Below are positions 1 through 9,162 of a stretch of DNA of 64,000 bases, one piece after another (the stretch's first letter is position 1; every line of letters starts with the position of its first letter). Origin of the DNA: a candidate division WWE3 bacterium (GTDB taxonomy: Bacteria > Patescibacteriota > 4484-211 > GCA-002791395); NCBI GenBank assembly GCA_013335095.1, contig JAAXWF010000001.1:86797-150796 (forward strand). The letters run 5' to 3'. Made by a program: the position numbers and the translations under genes. The notes under the pieces are model-generated. The model was not told the DNA's origin and searched no databases. It saw only the letters and a program-made list of their open reading frames with translations.

Positions 1-470
1 GAATTGAGCAATCGGGGGGAAAGGATTACCAAATATCAATTAAATCAAAAAATATTGAATCGCAAATCAACAACGGCGTTGACCTTTCTACAAGTTCAAT
101 TGGATTCATTGATATCTTTACAGTTCTAGATAGGACACTATTTGCCCGTAATTATTGGAATACACCAACAGATTTTTTCGATCAACTTAAATCATTACAA
201 CTTAATCAACCTGAAGTCTTAGAAAGTGATTTAAGAATTAGATATGCGGAGTATACAAAAACAGCTGAAACGACCTTAAAAGGAAAAACATTTCTTACTT
301 TTTCGGTAAAACCCACCAAACAATCCGCCGTTGGTGCATATCCTAACTATTTTGCATACACTATGAATGGCGATAATTTAATTGTTTTATCGAATCAACA
401 GAATACCGATCTGGAACACAACCTTCCCTTATTCAAACAAATTGCGGCGACGTTTACTTTTGTTGAGTAA
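1..470 (+). CDS. 3' portion of a pilin-like surface protein, a paralog of the next gene (5' end outside window)
   Basis: An open frame runs to the window edge and ends at TAA 468-470. The last ~120 nt are nearly identical to 1099-1223 of the downstream gene, and the translated C-terminus ...NGDNLIVLSNQQNTDLEHNLPLFKQIAATFTFVE matches the downstream protein. Confidence 0.5.
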   Translation, partial: IEQSGGKDYQISIKSKNIESQINNGVDLSTSSIGFIDIFTVLDRTLFARNYWNTPTDFFDQLKSLQLNQPEVLESDLRIRYAEYTKTAETTLKGKTFLTFSVKPTKQSAVGAYPNYFAYTMNGDNLIVLSNQQNTDLEHNLPLFKQIAATFTFVE

Positions 471-497
471 AGGGAAAACCAGACTAACTTATAAATT

Positions 498-1223
498 ATG
501 GCAAATAAAAACGGATTTAGCGCAATCGAGATTTTAGCAATTATTTTAATCATTTCCCTCGTGGCTGGTGGTATTTATGTATTGAACTCCAGTAGAGATA
601 CTGTCATACCCATTCCTACTCAATCAGTAACTACAACAACTCCATCTGCAACAGTCGCTCCGACTGATGAATACAGCAATTGGGAAACATACACCAATCC
701 GACATTCGGATTTTCATTTAAATATCCCAAGGATGAAATATTTATGTTCGAGCAATCAAGTTCTATAGGCGGGAAAGACTATAACATAGCATTAATGTCA
801 AAAGAACTAGATAATAAAATAAAAAATGGAGTAGATTTAGCTTCCGCAGCGATCGCTAACATTGGAATCTATACCTCATTTGAAAGGAATGATATGGCAC
901 TTAAGAATTGGAAAACACCCAATGATTTTTTTGTAGCATTAACGTCGTTACAACTGAATATTCCAACGACGATCAAGAGTGACCTGGAACTTGAACCGAT
1001 ACAATATACAAAACTATCAGAAGATACCCTTAATAGCAGGAAAATCCTAACATTCTCGGCAAGCGTAATACCTGGTACACCGAGTGGTGCTTACTCAAAT
1101 TACTTTGTGTATACGCTGAATGGCGATAATTTAATTGTTTTATCGGACCAACCGAATACCGATCCGGAACACAACCTTTCCTTATTCAAACAAATTGCGG
1201 CAACGTTTACTTTTGTTGAGTAA
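498..1223 (+). CDS. type IV pilin/pseudopilin-like protein (prepilin N-terminal cleavage/methylation motif)
   Basis: The N-terminus MANKNGFSAIEILAIILIISLVAGG fits the class III signal pattern G|FxxxE followed by a hydrophobic helix. It is followed by a Thr/Pro-rich linker and a globular C-terminal domain. It is tandem with a paralog. Confidence 0.65.
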   Translation: MANKNGFSAIEILAIILIISLVAGGIYVLNSSRDTVIPIPTQSVTTTTPSATVAPTDEYSNWETYTNPTFGFSFKYPKDEIFMFEQSSSIGGKDYNIALMSKELDNKIKNGVDLASAAIANIGIYTSFERNDMALKNWKTPNDFFVALTSLQLNIPTTIKSDLELEPIQYTKLSEDTLNSRKILTFSASVIPGTPSGAYSNYFVYTLNGDNLIVLSDQPNTDPEHNLSLFKQIAATFTFVE

Positions 1224-1232
1224 AAAACGAAT

Positions 1233-2063
1233 TCATTCAGATGTATCAGCCAACGCTTTGAGGAAGTCCGTAATACGACCATGCCGATCAAAGTACGCTT
1301 TAACTCCGTCCGATATCACACGTTTAGTTCCGCCATCGATAGGAGTCGTCGACAACCATTCCGGCGTGGTTATGCAGTATTCAACTTCTAATCCTTTTTC
1401 ATAAAACACCCGAATCGCTTGTACCAATCCATAATCTTCTAACTGAGAACGAACAACAGGGCCAAACTTTGTTACCCAAGACTGATCGACGATAAAAAAC
1501 TGTGGATCTGTCGTAATAACCATCACGTCTACATCAGAATCGGACCGAGCTGTGCCACGGGCATGGGACCCGACAACCGCAATACATTCAACATGATCAA
1601 GTTTGCTCGCCCATTGAGTAAAAGCGGCAATAAAATCAGGATACTTATATGGTAAATGAGATTTATTAAACACCCGTCTCCACCTCAACACTAAGCTAAT
1701 AAACGTTACAAAACTAACACCAAGGCAAAATATGTCGACAACACCAAGTTGATCGGTTATCGATAACAGAGAATTACCAAAAGAAAGTACTACAGCACCT
1801 AAATAAATGATCTTAATGTTTCGCTTGATCCCCACATACCCAATCACGTATAAAACTGATTCTAAAAACAACAGCGACTGAATCAATCCATACCCCGATA
1901 AGTTAGGTGAAAGTAGCGCAAAAAGAATCGCAGCAATTAACCAAAACAACGCATTAAACCCGACTAAAAACAACGTTTTGTTTTCTAGAACTGTGCCAAT
2001 TCTTATAAATTGAGACTTCAACATCCCTGTATTATAAAAAATGTAAGACAAATCATGAAACAA
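1233..2063 (-). CDS. membrane-anchored nucleotidyltransferase-domain protein
   Basis: The N-terminal ~130 aa contain several hydrophobic helices. The C-terminal half has a pol-beta-type NTase signature, GSHARGTARSDSDVDVMVI (GS...DxD). An alternative start lies at 2024. Confidence 0.6.
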   Translation of the reverse strand: MFHDLSYIFYNTGMLKSQFIRIGTVLENKTLFLVGFNALFWLIAAILFALLSPNLSGYGLIQSLLFLESVLYVIGYVGIKRNIKIIYLGAVVLSFGNSLLSITDQLGVVDIFCLGVSFVTFISLVLRWRRVFNKSHLPYKYPDFIAAFTQWASKLDHVECIAVVGSHARGTARSDSDVDVMVITTDPQFFIVDQSWVTKFGPVVRSQLEDYGLVQAIRVFYEKGLEVEYCITTPEWLSTTPIDGGTKRVISDGVKAYFDRHGRITDFLKALADTSE

Positions 2064-2642
2064 TACCCTCCACTTTCACGTGAATTTTATGAACAAGAAA
2101 CAGTTGTCGTTGCTCAAATGCTACTAGGCAAAAACCTCGTAAGACAAACTGAGCAAGGCACAATGGTCACAAAAATCGTCGAAACCGAAGCATACTTAGG
2201 CGAAGATGATCCAGCATCACATGCTGCAGTTGGTAAAACATCTCGCACCCAAATATCATGGGGAGCGCCTGGCCACGCGTATGTATATTTAATTTATGGA
2301 ATGTATCATTGCCTGAATGTTGTTACACGGCCAGACGGGATATCAGGTTGTGTCTTAATTCGCGCACTTGAACCGATCATAGGAATAGATGTCATGCAAT
2401 CTTATCGTAGAGGAACATCAATACCTCAACTTACCAACGGTCCAGGAAAGTTGTGTCTGGCATTATCAATAACGCGACATCAAAACGGGGCTGATTTAAC
2501 AAATCCGCAGTCAGGACTATGGATAAGCGACCAACAGAACGAAACGTTTGTAATTGGTACAAGTGCCAGAATCGGTATAACAAAAGCCACCGATAAAGAA
2601 CTGCGTTTTTATATCCAACACAATTCTTTTGTGTCGAAGTAA
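2055..2642 (+). CDS. DNA-3-methyladenine glycosylase (MPG/AAG family)
   Basis: Motifs IVETEAYLGEDDPASHA, GHAYVYLIYGMYHCLNVV, VLIRALEPIIG and GPGKLCLAL are typical of the Mpg/AAG family. The start is chosen at MKQYPP (ATG 2055) rather than the ORF-track 2010. Confidence 0.8.
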   Translation: MKQYPPLSREFYEQETVVVAQMLLGKNLVRQTEQGTMVTKIVETEAYLGEDDPASHAAVGKTSRTQISWGAPGHAYVYLIYGMYHCLNVVTRPDGISGCVLIRALEPIIGIDVMQSYRRGTSIPQLTNGPGKLCLALSITRHQNGADLTNPQSGLWISDQQNETFVIGTSARIGITKATDKELRFYIQHNSFVSK

Positions 2643-2772
2643 TGGAATTTTTAAGTCGAAGTATCGGACTCATTTCGTGAAATAATTGCTTTTTGTTGAA
2701 AAATAAAACGTCAGCCGAGTGTGTCCCTAACACGTCCGAGTCGACCATTAGCGAGGATCGAATATATAGAGA

Positions 2773-3216
2773 TTATAACTTCTTTTCTGTCATAGCTTCT
2801 GGGCTTTTTTTATTTATATGAGGAATTCGAGGTATAACCACAACTGCAGCGGTAACGATTAATCCTATTGCATGGAAATTAAATCCAAATGCCATACCAA
2901 TTGCACCAGAGACCCAAATGCTTGCAGCTGTAGTAAGATTTCGAACATTCGATCCTTCTTTTAAAATCAAACCTGCACCCAAAAAACCAATTCCAGATAC
3001 AATTTGAGCCGCGATCCGAGACTTTGATGCAGGATCTACTACCGAGGATAAAAACGTAAATAGCATCGCTCCGGTTATCACCAGTGTATGGGTACTAATG
3101 CCGGCATCTTTTCCTCGAGCTTCCCTTTCTGAACCAATCGCAAAACCAGCCACAAGACTTAATAGTAAATCCTGAATTAGATGAATCTCATTTTGACCAA
3201 TGAATCCCGATAACAT
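2773..3216 (-). CDS. MgtC/SapB family membrane protein
   Basis: GFAIGSEREARGKDAGISTHTLV ... AAQIVSGIGFLGAGLI ... TTAASIWVSGAIGMAFG match the conserved MgtC core. Confidence 0.8.
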   Translation of the reverse strand: MLSGFIGQNEIHLIQDLLLSLVAGFAIGSEREARGKDAGISTHTLVITGAMLFTFLSSVVDPASKSRIAAQIVSGIGFLGAGLILKEGSNVRNLTTAASIWVSGAIGMAFGFNFHAIGLIVTAAVVVIPRIPHINKKSPEAMTEKKL

Positions 3217-3288
3217 GACCGTATTATACAGAAACAGTAACCGTTAGCAGCGAAAATCAATTTAGAATGAAATATGTCGAAAACAGGT

Positions 3289-3648
3289 TTATGATACAGA
3301 TTTTCGCAGTATCGCTTCCATCTTTTTTCCTTTGGCGAGTTCGTCGATGAGTTTATCGAGATAGCGGATCTCTTGCATAGTTGGTTCTTTGATCTCTTCG
3401 ACACGAATACCACAGATTGTTCCGGTTATAAGAGTTCGAGATGGGTTAAGCTGTGGCGCGTGAGCAAAAAAGGTTTCAAAGTCGGTCTGTTTTTCAAGCA
3501 ATTCATCAAGTTCTTGCTGACTATACCCGGTTAACCAACGGATGATCTCATCGACTTCGGCTTTACGTCGTCCTTTCTTTTCGACTTTGGCTATGTATAA
3601 AGGATATACTCTCGCAACGGACATGGTGTAGATTCGCGGTTTTGTCAT
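3289..3648 (-). CDS. DUF2200 family protein
   Basis: [42 protein letters not shown] resembles the DUF2200 N-terminal consensus. The start is preceded by an AGGAAGG RBS on the minus strand. Confidence 0.6.
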   Translation of the reverse strand: MTKPRIYTMSVARVYPLYIAKVEKKGRRKAEVDEIIRWLTGYSQQELDELLEKQTDFETFFAHAPQLNPSRTLITGTICGIRVEEIKEPTMQEIRYLDKLIDELAKGKKMEAILRKSVS

Positions 3649-3732
3649 AGCACCTTCCTGTTTAGTAATTGTAGCATTTAGCACGTAAATGAGTTGCAAA
3701 GCTGAAAATGACAAGAATTAGCGTTTATTATT

Positions 3733-4236
3733 TTATTCGCCGGCTTTTCTGATGGTTTCGAGGTCGATCTTCTTCATTGGCATAAATGCAGCGGTTACGG
3801 CCTCGGCTTTTTGTGGGCTTTCTCTCATCATTTCATCCAAAATTCTTGGAACGATTTGCCACGTGACTCCAAATTTGTCGGTACACCATCCACATTGTTC
3901 CGCTTCTGGCACCGCTGAAAGTTTTTCCCAGAAAAAATCAATTTCTTCTTGTGTTTCGCACTCAACGATATAGGAAGTCGATCCATTTAGTTGGAATTGT
4001 TCAACCGGACCACCATTAAGAGCCATAAAGCTGATTCCATCGAGTTCGCATTCAGCGGTCAAAACAGATCCTTCGGGTCTACCGGATACTTCTTCGGATG
4101 CTTTAGGCGCTTTGGTGATATCGCCGATCTTAGCGTCATGATTACCTGGCGCTGATTTAAACGTGTCGATATAGTATTGAACGGCCTCTTCGCCATCGTT
4201 GTTGGCAAACCAAATGCAAGTAATAAGTCTACTCAT
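3733..4236 (-). CDS. VOC/glyoxalase-superfamily protein (PhnB / 3-demethylubiquinone-9 methyltransferase-like domain)
   Basis: N-terminal CIWFANNDGEEAVQYY and C-terminal CGWCTDKFGVTWQIVP match this domain family. Confidence 0.7.
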   Translation of the reverse strand: MSRLITCIWFANNDGEEAVQYYIDTFKSAPGNHDAKIGDITKAPKASEEVSGRPEGSVLTAECELDGISFMALNGGPVEQFQLNGSTSYIVECETQEEIDFFWEKLSAVPEAEQCGWCTDKFGVTWQIVPRILDEMMRESPQKAEAVTAAFMPMKKIDLETIRKAGE

Positions 4237-4355
4237 ATTTTTACTGTAACATATTGTGAGATTTTTTTAGTATTAATTTTGTAAGAATACGGACATTTAA
4301 TAATCAACGCATGAGGCTCTAGTCTAAACACCAAGAGAAATAATAAATAGGGATT

Positions 4356-4784
4356 TTATGTAGTTTCAGAATATTCGATGATCCACTCGATACCGTATTT
4401 GTCTCGGAACATACCTGCATACGATCCCCACGGACTTTCTCCGATAGGCCCCTCGACTTCGCCTCCAATTGAGAGTCCATTGAATAGTCGATCGGCCTCT
4501 TCTTTGCTATCGGTATTTACCAATATTTTGCTTCGATTTTCACGCTCATTTACGCGCCCCATGACTTCTGGAACATCATTGGCGATCAACAGAGCACCAT
4601 TACCAATCGGTAAAGCGATATACATTATTTTATCCTCTTCCTTTTCAGGCACCGAGAATTCATCACTCGCGAGATCTTTAAAGCGCACAACCTTGGTAAA
4701 CTCTCCCCCAAAAACGGATTTATAAAACATAAATGCTTCCTGCGCATTACCGTTGAAATTAATCCAAGGATTTAGTGTTGTCAT
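4356..4784 (-). CDS. VOC family protein (PhnB-like)
   Basis: INFNGNAQEAFMFYKSVFGG ... DKYGIEWII fit the same fold family as the adjacent gene; the two are tandem. Confidence 0.65.
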   Translation of the reverse strand: MTTLNPWINFNGNAQEAFMFYKSVFGGEFTKVVRFKDLASDEFSVPEKEEDKIMYIALPIGNGALLIANDVPEVMGRVNERENRSKILVNTDSKEEADRLFNGLSIGGEVEGPIGESPWGSYAGMFRDKYGIEWIIEYSETT

Positions 4785-4810
4785 ACGTTAATCATATCAA
4801 ATTAAAGAAT

Positions 4811-4858
4811 ATACACATGGGTCTGCGTGGTGAACGTAGTTAGAACTTATTTTAGCAC
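4811..4858. repeat. degenerate copy of the tRNA-Asn 3'-end/att-like repeat (distal island boundary)
   Basis: tgggtctgcgtggtgaacgtagttagaacttattttagcac aligns at about 32/40 with 9210-9250, tggctccgcgtgatagacgaagttagaactcttttaagcac. It also shares atacacatgg with 12651-12660. Confidence 0.4.
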
Positions 4859-4975
4859 TTCACCTCAAGTACCCACACAGAGTCATTAGTTGGCAGTTGA
4901 GAGCCGGGTACGTCGTCAAAACTACCTGGTTTTTCCATACATCCGACAATAATTAGTTTATAATTCATACCAGCT

Positions 4976-5443
4976 ATGATAAAAGACTTAACCGCTTCGA
5001 GAACTGACCGACAAAACATTCTTAATAATCATTTCGCTATAGAAATGATCCAAGATAATATCGGATATAGAGGAGTGCTCTTTGAGGGAGAATATCGCTA
5101 TACGAAAAGGCAACTGGCTCACTTCTTTGACGTAAGTATAGCCACTCTAGAACGTTATCTAGAGAAATATGAAAAGGAATTAAGGGAAAATGGGTATGAA
5201 GTGCTCACGGGGAAAAGGCTCAATGAAGCCAAGAAACACCATGTCACCCTCATCGGTGAGGGTGAGAAAAAAGCCCCTTCCTTAGGTGTGTTTAATTTTC
5301 GCGGATTTCTTAATTTAGCCATGTTATTAGTCGAAAGCGATAGAAAAAATAATACAGAACTATCCAGGCTATATCTATATCCCAGACTTAAGACCAAATT
5401 TCGCTCCAATTACCCTGGGAAAAATTTGTTAAAGTTGTTATGA
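4976..5443 (+). CDS. hypothetical protein, first gene of the island cassette (possible DNA-binding, ORF6N/KilA-N-like, low confidence)
   Basis: The segment YRGVLFEGEYRYTKRQLAHFFDVSIATLERYL is reminiscent of phage-associated DNA-binding domains. No strong RBS is present. Confidence 0.4.
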   Translation: MIKDLTASRTDRQNILNNHFAIEMIQDNIGYRGVLFEGEYRYTKRQLAHFFDVSIATLERYLEKYEKELRENGYEVLTGKRLNEAKKHHVTLIGEGEKKAPSLGVFNFRGFLNLAMLLVESDRKNNTELSRLYLYPRLKTKFRSNYPGKNLLKLL

Positions 5444-5462
5444 TTAGGTAGACGGTAAATAT

Positions 5463-6488
5463 ATGAGTACTCATGCAATCAACCAACAAATCAGAGACAG
5501 AATATTTAGGCTTAGTGGTAAAGAATTCCAACAATTAGTGTGGGATATTTTAATAAAAATTTATCCTGACCTTCAGACTCCAAAAATGAATCATGATCTA
5601 GGGAACGATGGTTACAGCATAAGCGAGAAAGCATTTTTTGCAGTTTATGCTCCAGAATTAGCTAAATACGATAATGAAACAACCAGAAAGAAGATTTCCA
5701 ATCCTACCCCTAATCAATCTGAAGAAGTCGGTGATTATGAGAAGTTTATAGCAAACTGGAAAGACAAGTTTGGATTTACCAAGTGGGCTTTCATTACAAA
5801 AGAAAACCTGATGGGAAATCCGCATCAGAAGATTGCCGAACTAAATCAAAACGGCGATGGTGTTGTTAAAGAGCATTGGGGCGTTGAGCAGCTAATTGAA
5901 AAGGTAATGGGGCTAGAGGAGAGTGTAATTCGTGGGCTGTTTGATTTGGAAGCCGATATCACTGTAAACCAGCTAAATCTAGGTATTGTTAATAACGGAA
6001 AGACACATGTCGAAAAACAAGCCCAAATGTATAATGAATACAACAATTACGGCACTAGTGAAGAAGATGAAAATACTGCAGTCGATGAGATTTTTGATTA
6101 CGTGATTTCCCAACTACCACAAACACCAACAATTACTCCAGCTGATGACAGACAAATGCAAGTTAAGGCTAAAATCAAGCTAAATTTCTCTGTCGAAAAA
6201 GAGCAACTCGAAGTCGAGAAATACTTTACCTCTGCTTATACGAAAACAAAATTGATTGAAAATAAACTACAAGCCTTGGACCCAACTATTCAGGGAGATA
6301 TACAACTACACATTTTGCAGAAATATAACGAGTTCAAAAGGAATAGCCAAACGAGTATTGAGATATTAGATAAACTATTCAGCTTTTTTACACCCAAGAA
6401 AAGAGAGAGAAATCCAACCTTTGCAGCAGTAATAAGGGCTTTCGTGCTTTTATATTTTGAAGACTGCTCAATTTTTGAGAAAGAATAA
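5463..6488 (+). CDS. candidate effector of a three-gene cassette (N-terminal restriction-endonuclease/Mrr-like region, alpha-helical C-terminus)
   Basis: FQQLVWDILIKIYPDL...DLGNDGYSISEKAFFAVYAPE resembles an Mrr-type nuclease core. Its stop is 1 nt before the next start. Confidence 0.5.
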   Translation: MSTHAINQQIRDRIFRLSGKEFQQLVWDILIKIYPDLQTPKMNHDLGNDGYSISEKAFFAVYAPELAKYDNETTRKKISNPTPNQSEEVGDYEKFIANWKDKFGFTKWAFITKENLMGNPHQKIAELNQNGDGVVKEHWGVEQLIEKVMGLEESVIRGLFDLEADITVNQLNLGIVNNGKTHVEKQAQMYNEYNNYGTSEEDENTAVDEIFDYVISQLPQTPTITPADDRQMQVKAKIKLNFSVEKEQLEVEKYFTSAYTKTKLIENKLQALDPTIQGDIQLHILQKYNEFKRNSQTSIEILDKLFSFFTPKKRERNPTFAAVIRAFVLLYFEDCSIFEKE

Positions 6489-6489
6489 A

Positions 6490-6714
6490 ATGATCATACC
6501 AACAAAACATGAGGACATCCAGAAAAGCTCTCTAGTTATTGGAGCTGAGGTTATAACTTATCTCAAGAAGAATGGCAGTGAAAATATCGAGAAGCTTTTT
6601 CAGTTATTCAAGAATAAAATTGGAATAGGCCTAAATCAATATCATAATGTTCTTACTGTGTTGTGGTTAGGTAAGATAATTACAATCAGGGAACATAGGA
6701 TTTATCTAGAATAA
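6490..6714 (+). CDS. small middle-component protein (~75 aa) of the three-gene cassette
   Basis: The start ATG 6490 lies 1 nt after the upstream stop, and the stop lies 1 nt before the ATPase start. Its size and position match the middle component of ABC-3C systems. Confidence 0.45.
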   Translation: MIIPTKHEDIQKSSLVIGAEVITYLKKNGSENIEKLFQLFKNKIGIGLNQYHNVLTVLWLGKIITIREHRIYLE

Positions 6715-6715
6715 T

Positions 6716-8476
6716 ATGTTATTAAAAAAATTGTATGCTGAACCAGCAGGATTGTTTGAACTAGTTGAATTCCGTGACGGCATTAACTTTATTTTTGGAG
6801 AGAAAAATGCAACCTCTGACCCTAAAGAATCATTAAACGGGATAGGTAAATCTACCTTGCTGGATCTTGTCGATTTTTGTCTTCTCTCTTCTTACACACA
6901 AAACCATAATCCGAGGCTGTTTTCAGCAAAAGATATCTTGGCAAGCCACCTTATTGTCTTAGAGTTCGAGGTAAATGACACAACCTACATCATAAAAAGG
7001 AGCGTTGAGACACCAAACTCTGTATTTTTTGGTACTACTGATTCCATAAAAGAATACTCGAGAAAAGAATTAGGCTCGATTCTTACAGACCTTGTGTTTA
7101 AAAAGGGAGACTATCCTGGAATTTATTCCGACAAATGGTGGAGAAAGTTAATCAACTTCTACCTCAAAGTTCAAAGTCAAAAGAAAGCGAAGTTTACAGA
7201 GCCAGTTAAATATATTGATGAACTAAGTGTTGCTGAATTAAATCAGTATCTCTTCTTCCTAATGGGATTGGACAACACCCTGGCATATAAAAATTTTGAC
7301 ATACAGTGGAATCTAAAAAAGCGTAATAAGGCGATAATAGAGGTAAAACAAATTGTAGAGGAAACTTATGGACTCAAAGATATCTCTGAAGCATCCAACC
7401 AAGTCGATAAACTAAGCCAAGAAGTTAAAGATATAGAAAACACTATCTCTCAGTTTAAGCTATCTACCCAGTATGAAGACGCTGAGAAACAAGCCAACAT
7501 ATTAACCGCGCAAATCAAAGAATTGTGGTTTCAAAACTTTTCAGACAGAAAGAAAACCGATGCATATAAGGACAGTTTAAAACTGGATGTTGATATTGAC
7601 ATAGCAAAGGTAAAAAGGGTCTATGAAGAGTTTAATCAACTCCTTGCAGATAAGGTGTCCGCAACCCTTGAACAAGCCATCCAGTTTAGAAAAAACCTGG
7701 TTAATTCAAGGAAGGACTTCATTAGTTCTGAGATAGAGTCGCTTGCCAAACAAATTAAAGACAGAGAGAGCAAAATTTCACAACTGGAAACAGACAGAGC
7801 CAAGCTGTTTTCGTTCTTATCCAACAAGGAGGCAATTAGTGATCTTTCAGACGCGTACTTGCATCTTAGTAGGAAAAAGGATCAGCAGGGAGAACTGACC
7901 GGTAAGGTTAGGCTATATAACGACCTACAGAAGGAAAAAGCAGATCTAAAAATTGAAGCAGCAAAAATTGAAAAATCAATGTATGACTTTATTGAAAAGA
8001 ATACGGATTCTGTTTCTGAGTTTAGAACAGTATTTCGAATGGTTTACAACGCTATATATCCAGATACCAAGGATGCTTCAATGTTCTCAATTGACATAAA
8101 GCCCAACACCGATGCAGTTATGAATATTGATATCACTTTTCCTGCAATGTATTCAAAAGGTAAAAATCAAGGAAGGACACTGGTTTTCGATTTAGCGGTT
8201 CTAGTAAACTCAATACAAAAGAGCCTACCTGGACCAAGGTTTGTGGTCCATGATGGCATTTTTGATGGCATGGACAAAGCACATTTTGTTTCACTGTATC
8301 AGTATCTAGAAGACCTTAAGACGAAAATGAGGTTTCAGTATATTGTTACGCTTAACGAAGAAGGTACTCTGAGCGAAAAATTCGGCGACGTGGATGAGCT
8401 AAGTCCTGAAAAAATTAAATCACATGCACTAATAGTGCTAACTCCAACGAGAAAACTCCTTAAAAGTGATTTCTAG
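6716..8476 (+). CDS. SMC-like ABC ATPase with central coiled coil (ABC-3C / Lamassu LmuB-like)
   Basis: The N-terminal P-loop is LNGIGKSTLLDLVDFCL. A coiled-coil region of ~220 aa follows. The C-terminus has Walker B/D-loop FVVHDGIFDGMD and an H-loop-like QYIVTLNEE. Confidence 0.75.
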   Translation: MLLKKLYAEPAGLFELVEFRDGINFIFGEKNATSDPKESLNGIGKSTLLDLVDFCLLSSYTQNHNPRLFSAKDILASHLIVLEFEVNDTTYIIKRSVETPNSVFFGTTDSIKEYSRKELGSILTDLVFKKGDYPGIYSDKWWRKLINFYLKVQSQKKAKFTEPVKYIDELSVAELNQYLFFLMGLDNTLAYKNFDIQWNLKKRNKAIIEVKQIVEETYGLKDISEASNQVDKLSQEVKDIENTISQFKLSTQYEDAEKQANILTAQIKELWFQNFSDRKKTDAYKDSLKLDVDIDIAKVKRVYEEFNQLLADKVSATLEQAIQFRKNLVNSRKDFISSEIESLAKQIKDRESKISQLETDRAKLFSFLSNKEAISDLSDAYLHLSRKKDQQGELTGKVRLYNDLQKEKADLKIEAAKIEKSMYDFIEKNTDSVSEFRTVFRMVYNAIYPDTKDASMFSIDIKPNTDAVMNIDITFPAMYSKGKNQGRTLVFDLAVLVNSIQKSLPGPRFVVHDGIFDGMDKAHFVSLYQYLEDLKTKMRFQYIVTLNEEGTLSEKFGDVDELSPEKIKSHALIVLTPTRKLLKSDF

Positions 8477-8664
8477 TCCCATGTGTTGGTTTGTGTGGCA
8501 CATTCGTGTCTGAAATGGCTAAGTCCACCGTTATTTAGCTTCAAACGGCTCGTTGAGGACGTTGTGAGCCGGTGTGAGCCAATGTCTTGAGTAGCTTCAC
8601 TTGGAGTTCAATAAACGCCACAAAAGACCGGAAAATAAAACGTTTGAGTGTTTTCATAGAAACC

Positions 8665-9156
8665 TTAACGCATGCGGGCCCTAGCGATGGGTCCTTCAAG
8701 CTCGTTGGAGAAGTTGATGAGTTGGCCACCGTTGGTAAAGGCAACACTCAGGCTAGGCTGCTCTGTGGATTCATAGACCTTGATACAAGGAACTCCATTA
8801 TCGTTAAGATATAAGGCAGGAGCGTTCTTGTCTAAGTCCTCACTACAAGTTTCGGTAGGTGGATCTAAATGGACAGTTCTGGCTTCTCCCTTCCAAATGA
8901 GGAAATAATTTACCCTACCACTTCCGCCATCTTTCTTGCCGGTCTCTAGTGTTAATTTTGAGAGATCGATGTTTCCCAAAGCCACTGAATGCTTGGTAAT
9001 AAAGTTACGACCCAACTGCTCGACTACTGCTTGGCTGTATTTGCCACTGTAGTCATATTGCTTTTGATCACTAAACCAACGTGAGCCATCGGCTTTATAT
9101 CCCCAGGTCCCAGGAGTCTCCTCAACCTTTATGATATGGTTTGTTACAGAATTCAC
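8665..9156 (-). CDS. hypothetical protein (island cargo)
   Basis: A 163-aa ORF with normal composition and no recognisable motifs. Confidence 0.5.
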   Translation of the reverse strand: MNSVTNHIIKVEETPGTWGYKADGSRWFSDQKQYDYSGKYSQAVVEQLGRNFITKHSVALGNIDLSKLTLETGKKDGGSGRVNYFLIWKGEARTVHLDPPTETCSEDLDKNAPALYLNDNGVPCIKVYESTEQPSLSVAFTNGGQLINFSNELEGPIARARMR

Positions 9157-9162
9157 AACAAA

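Noticed and set aside
2642-2772. Possible Mg riboswitch (M-box) associated with the MgtC-family gene
   Set aside because: The leader upstream of the mgtC-like start (3217-3288 on the minus strand) is only ~70 nt. That is too short for an M-box, and no conserved motifs were seen.
6716-8476. Septu (PtuA), Gabija (GajA) or OLD-family assignment for the coiled-coil ATPase
   Set aside because: No HNH, Toprim or DUF4435 partner is adjacent. The partners are a ~340-aa REase-like protein and a ~75-aa protein, which fits the ABC-3C/Lamassu layout better.
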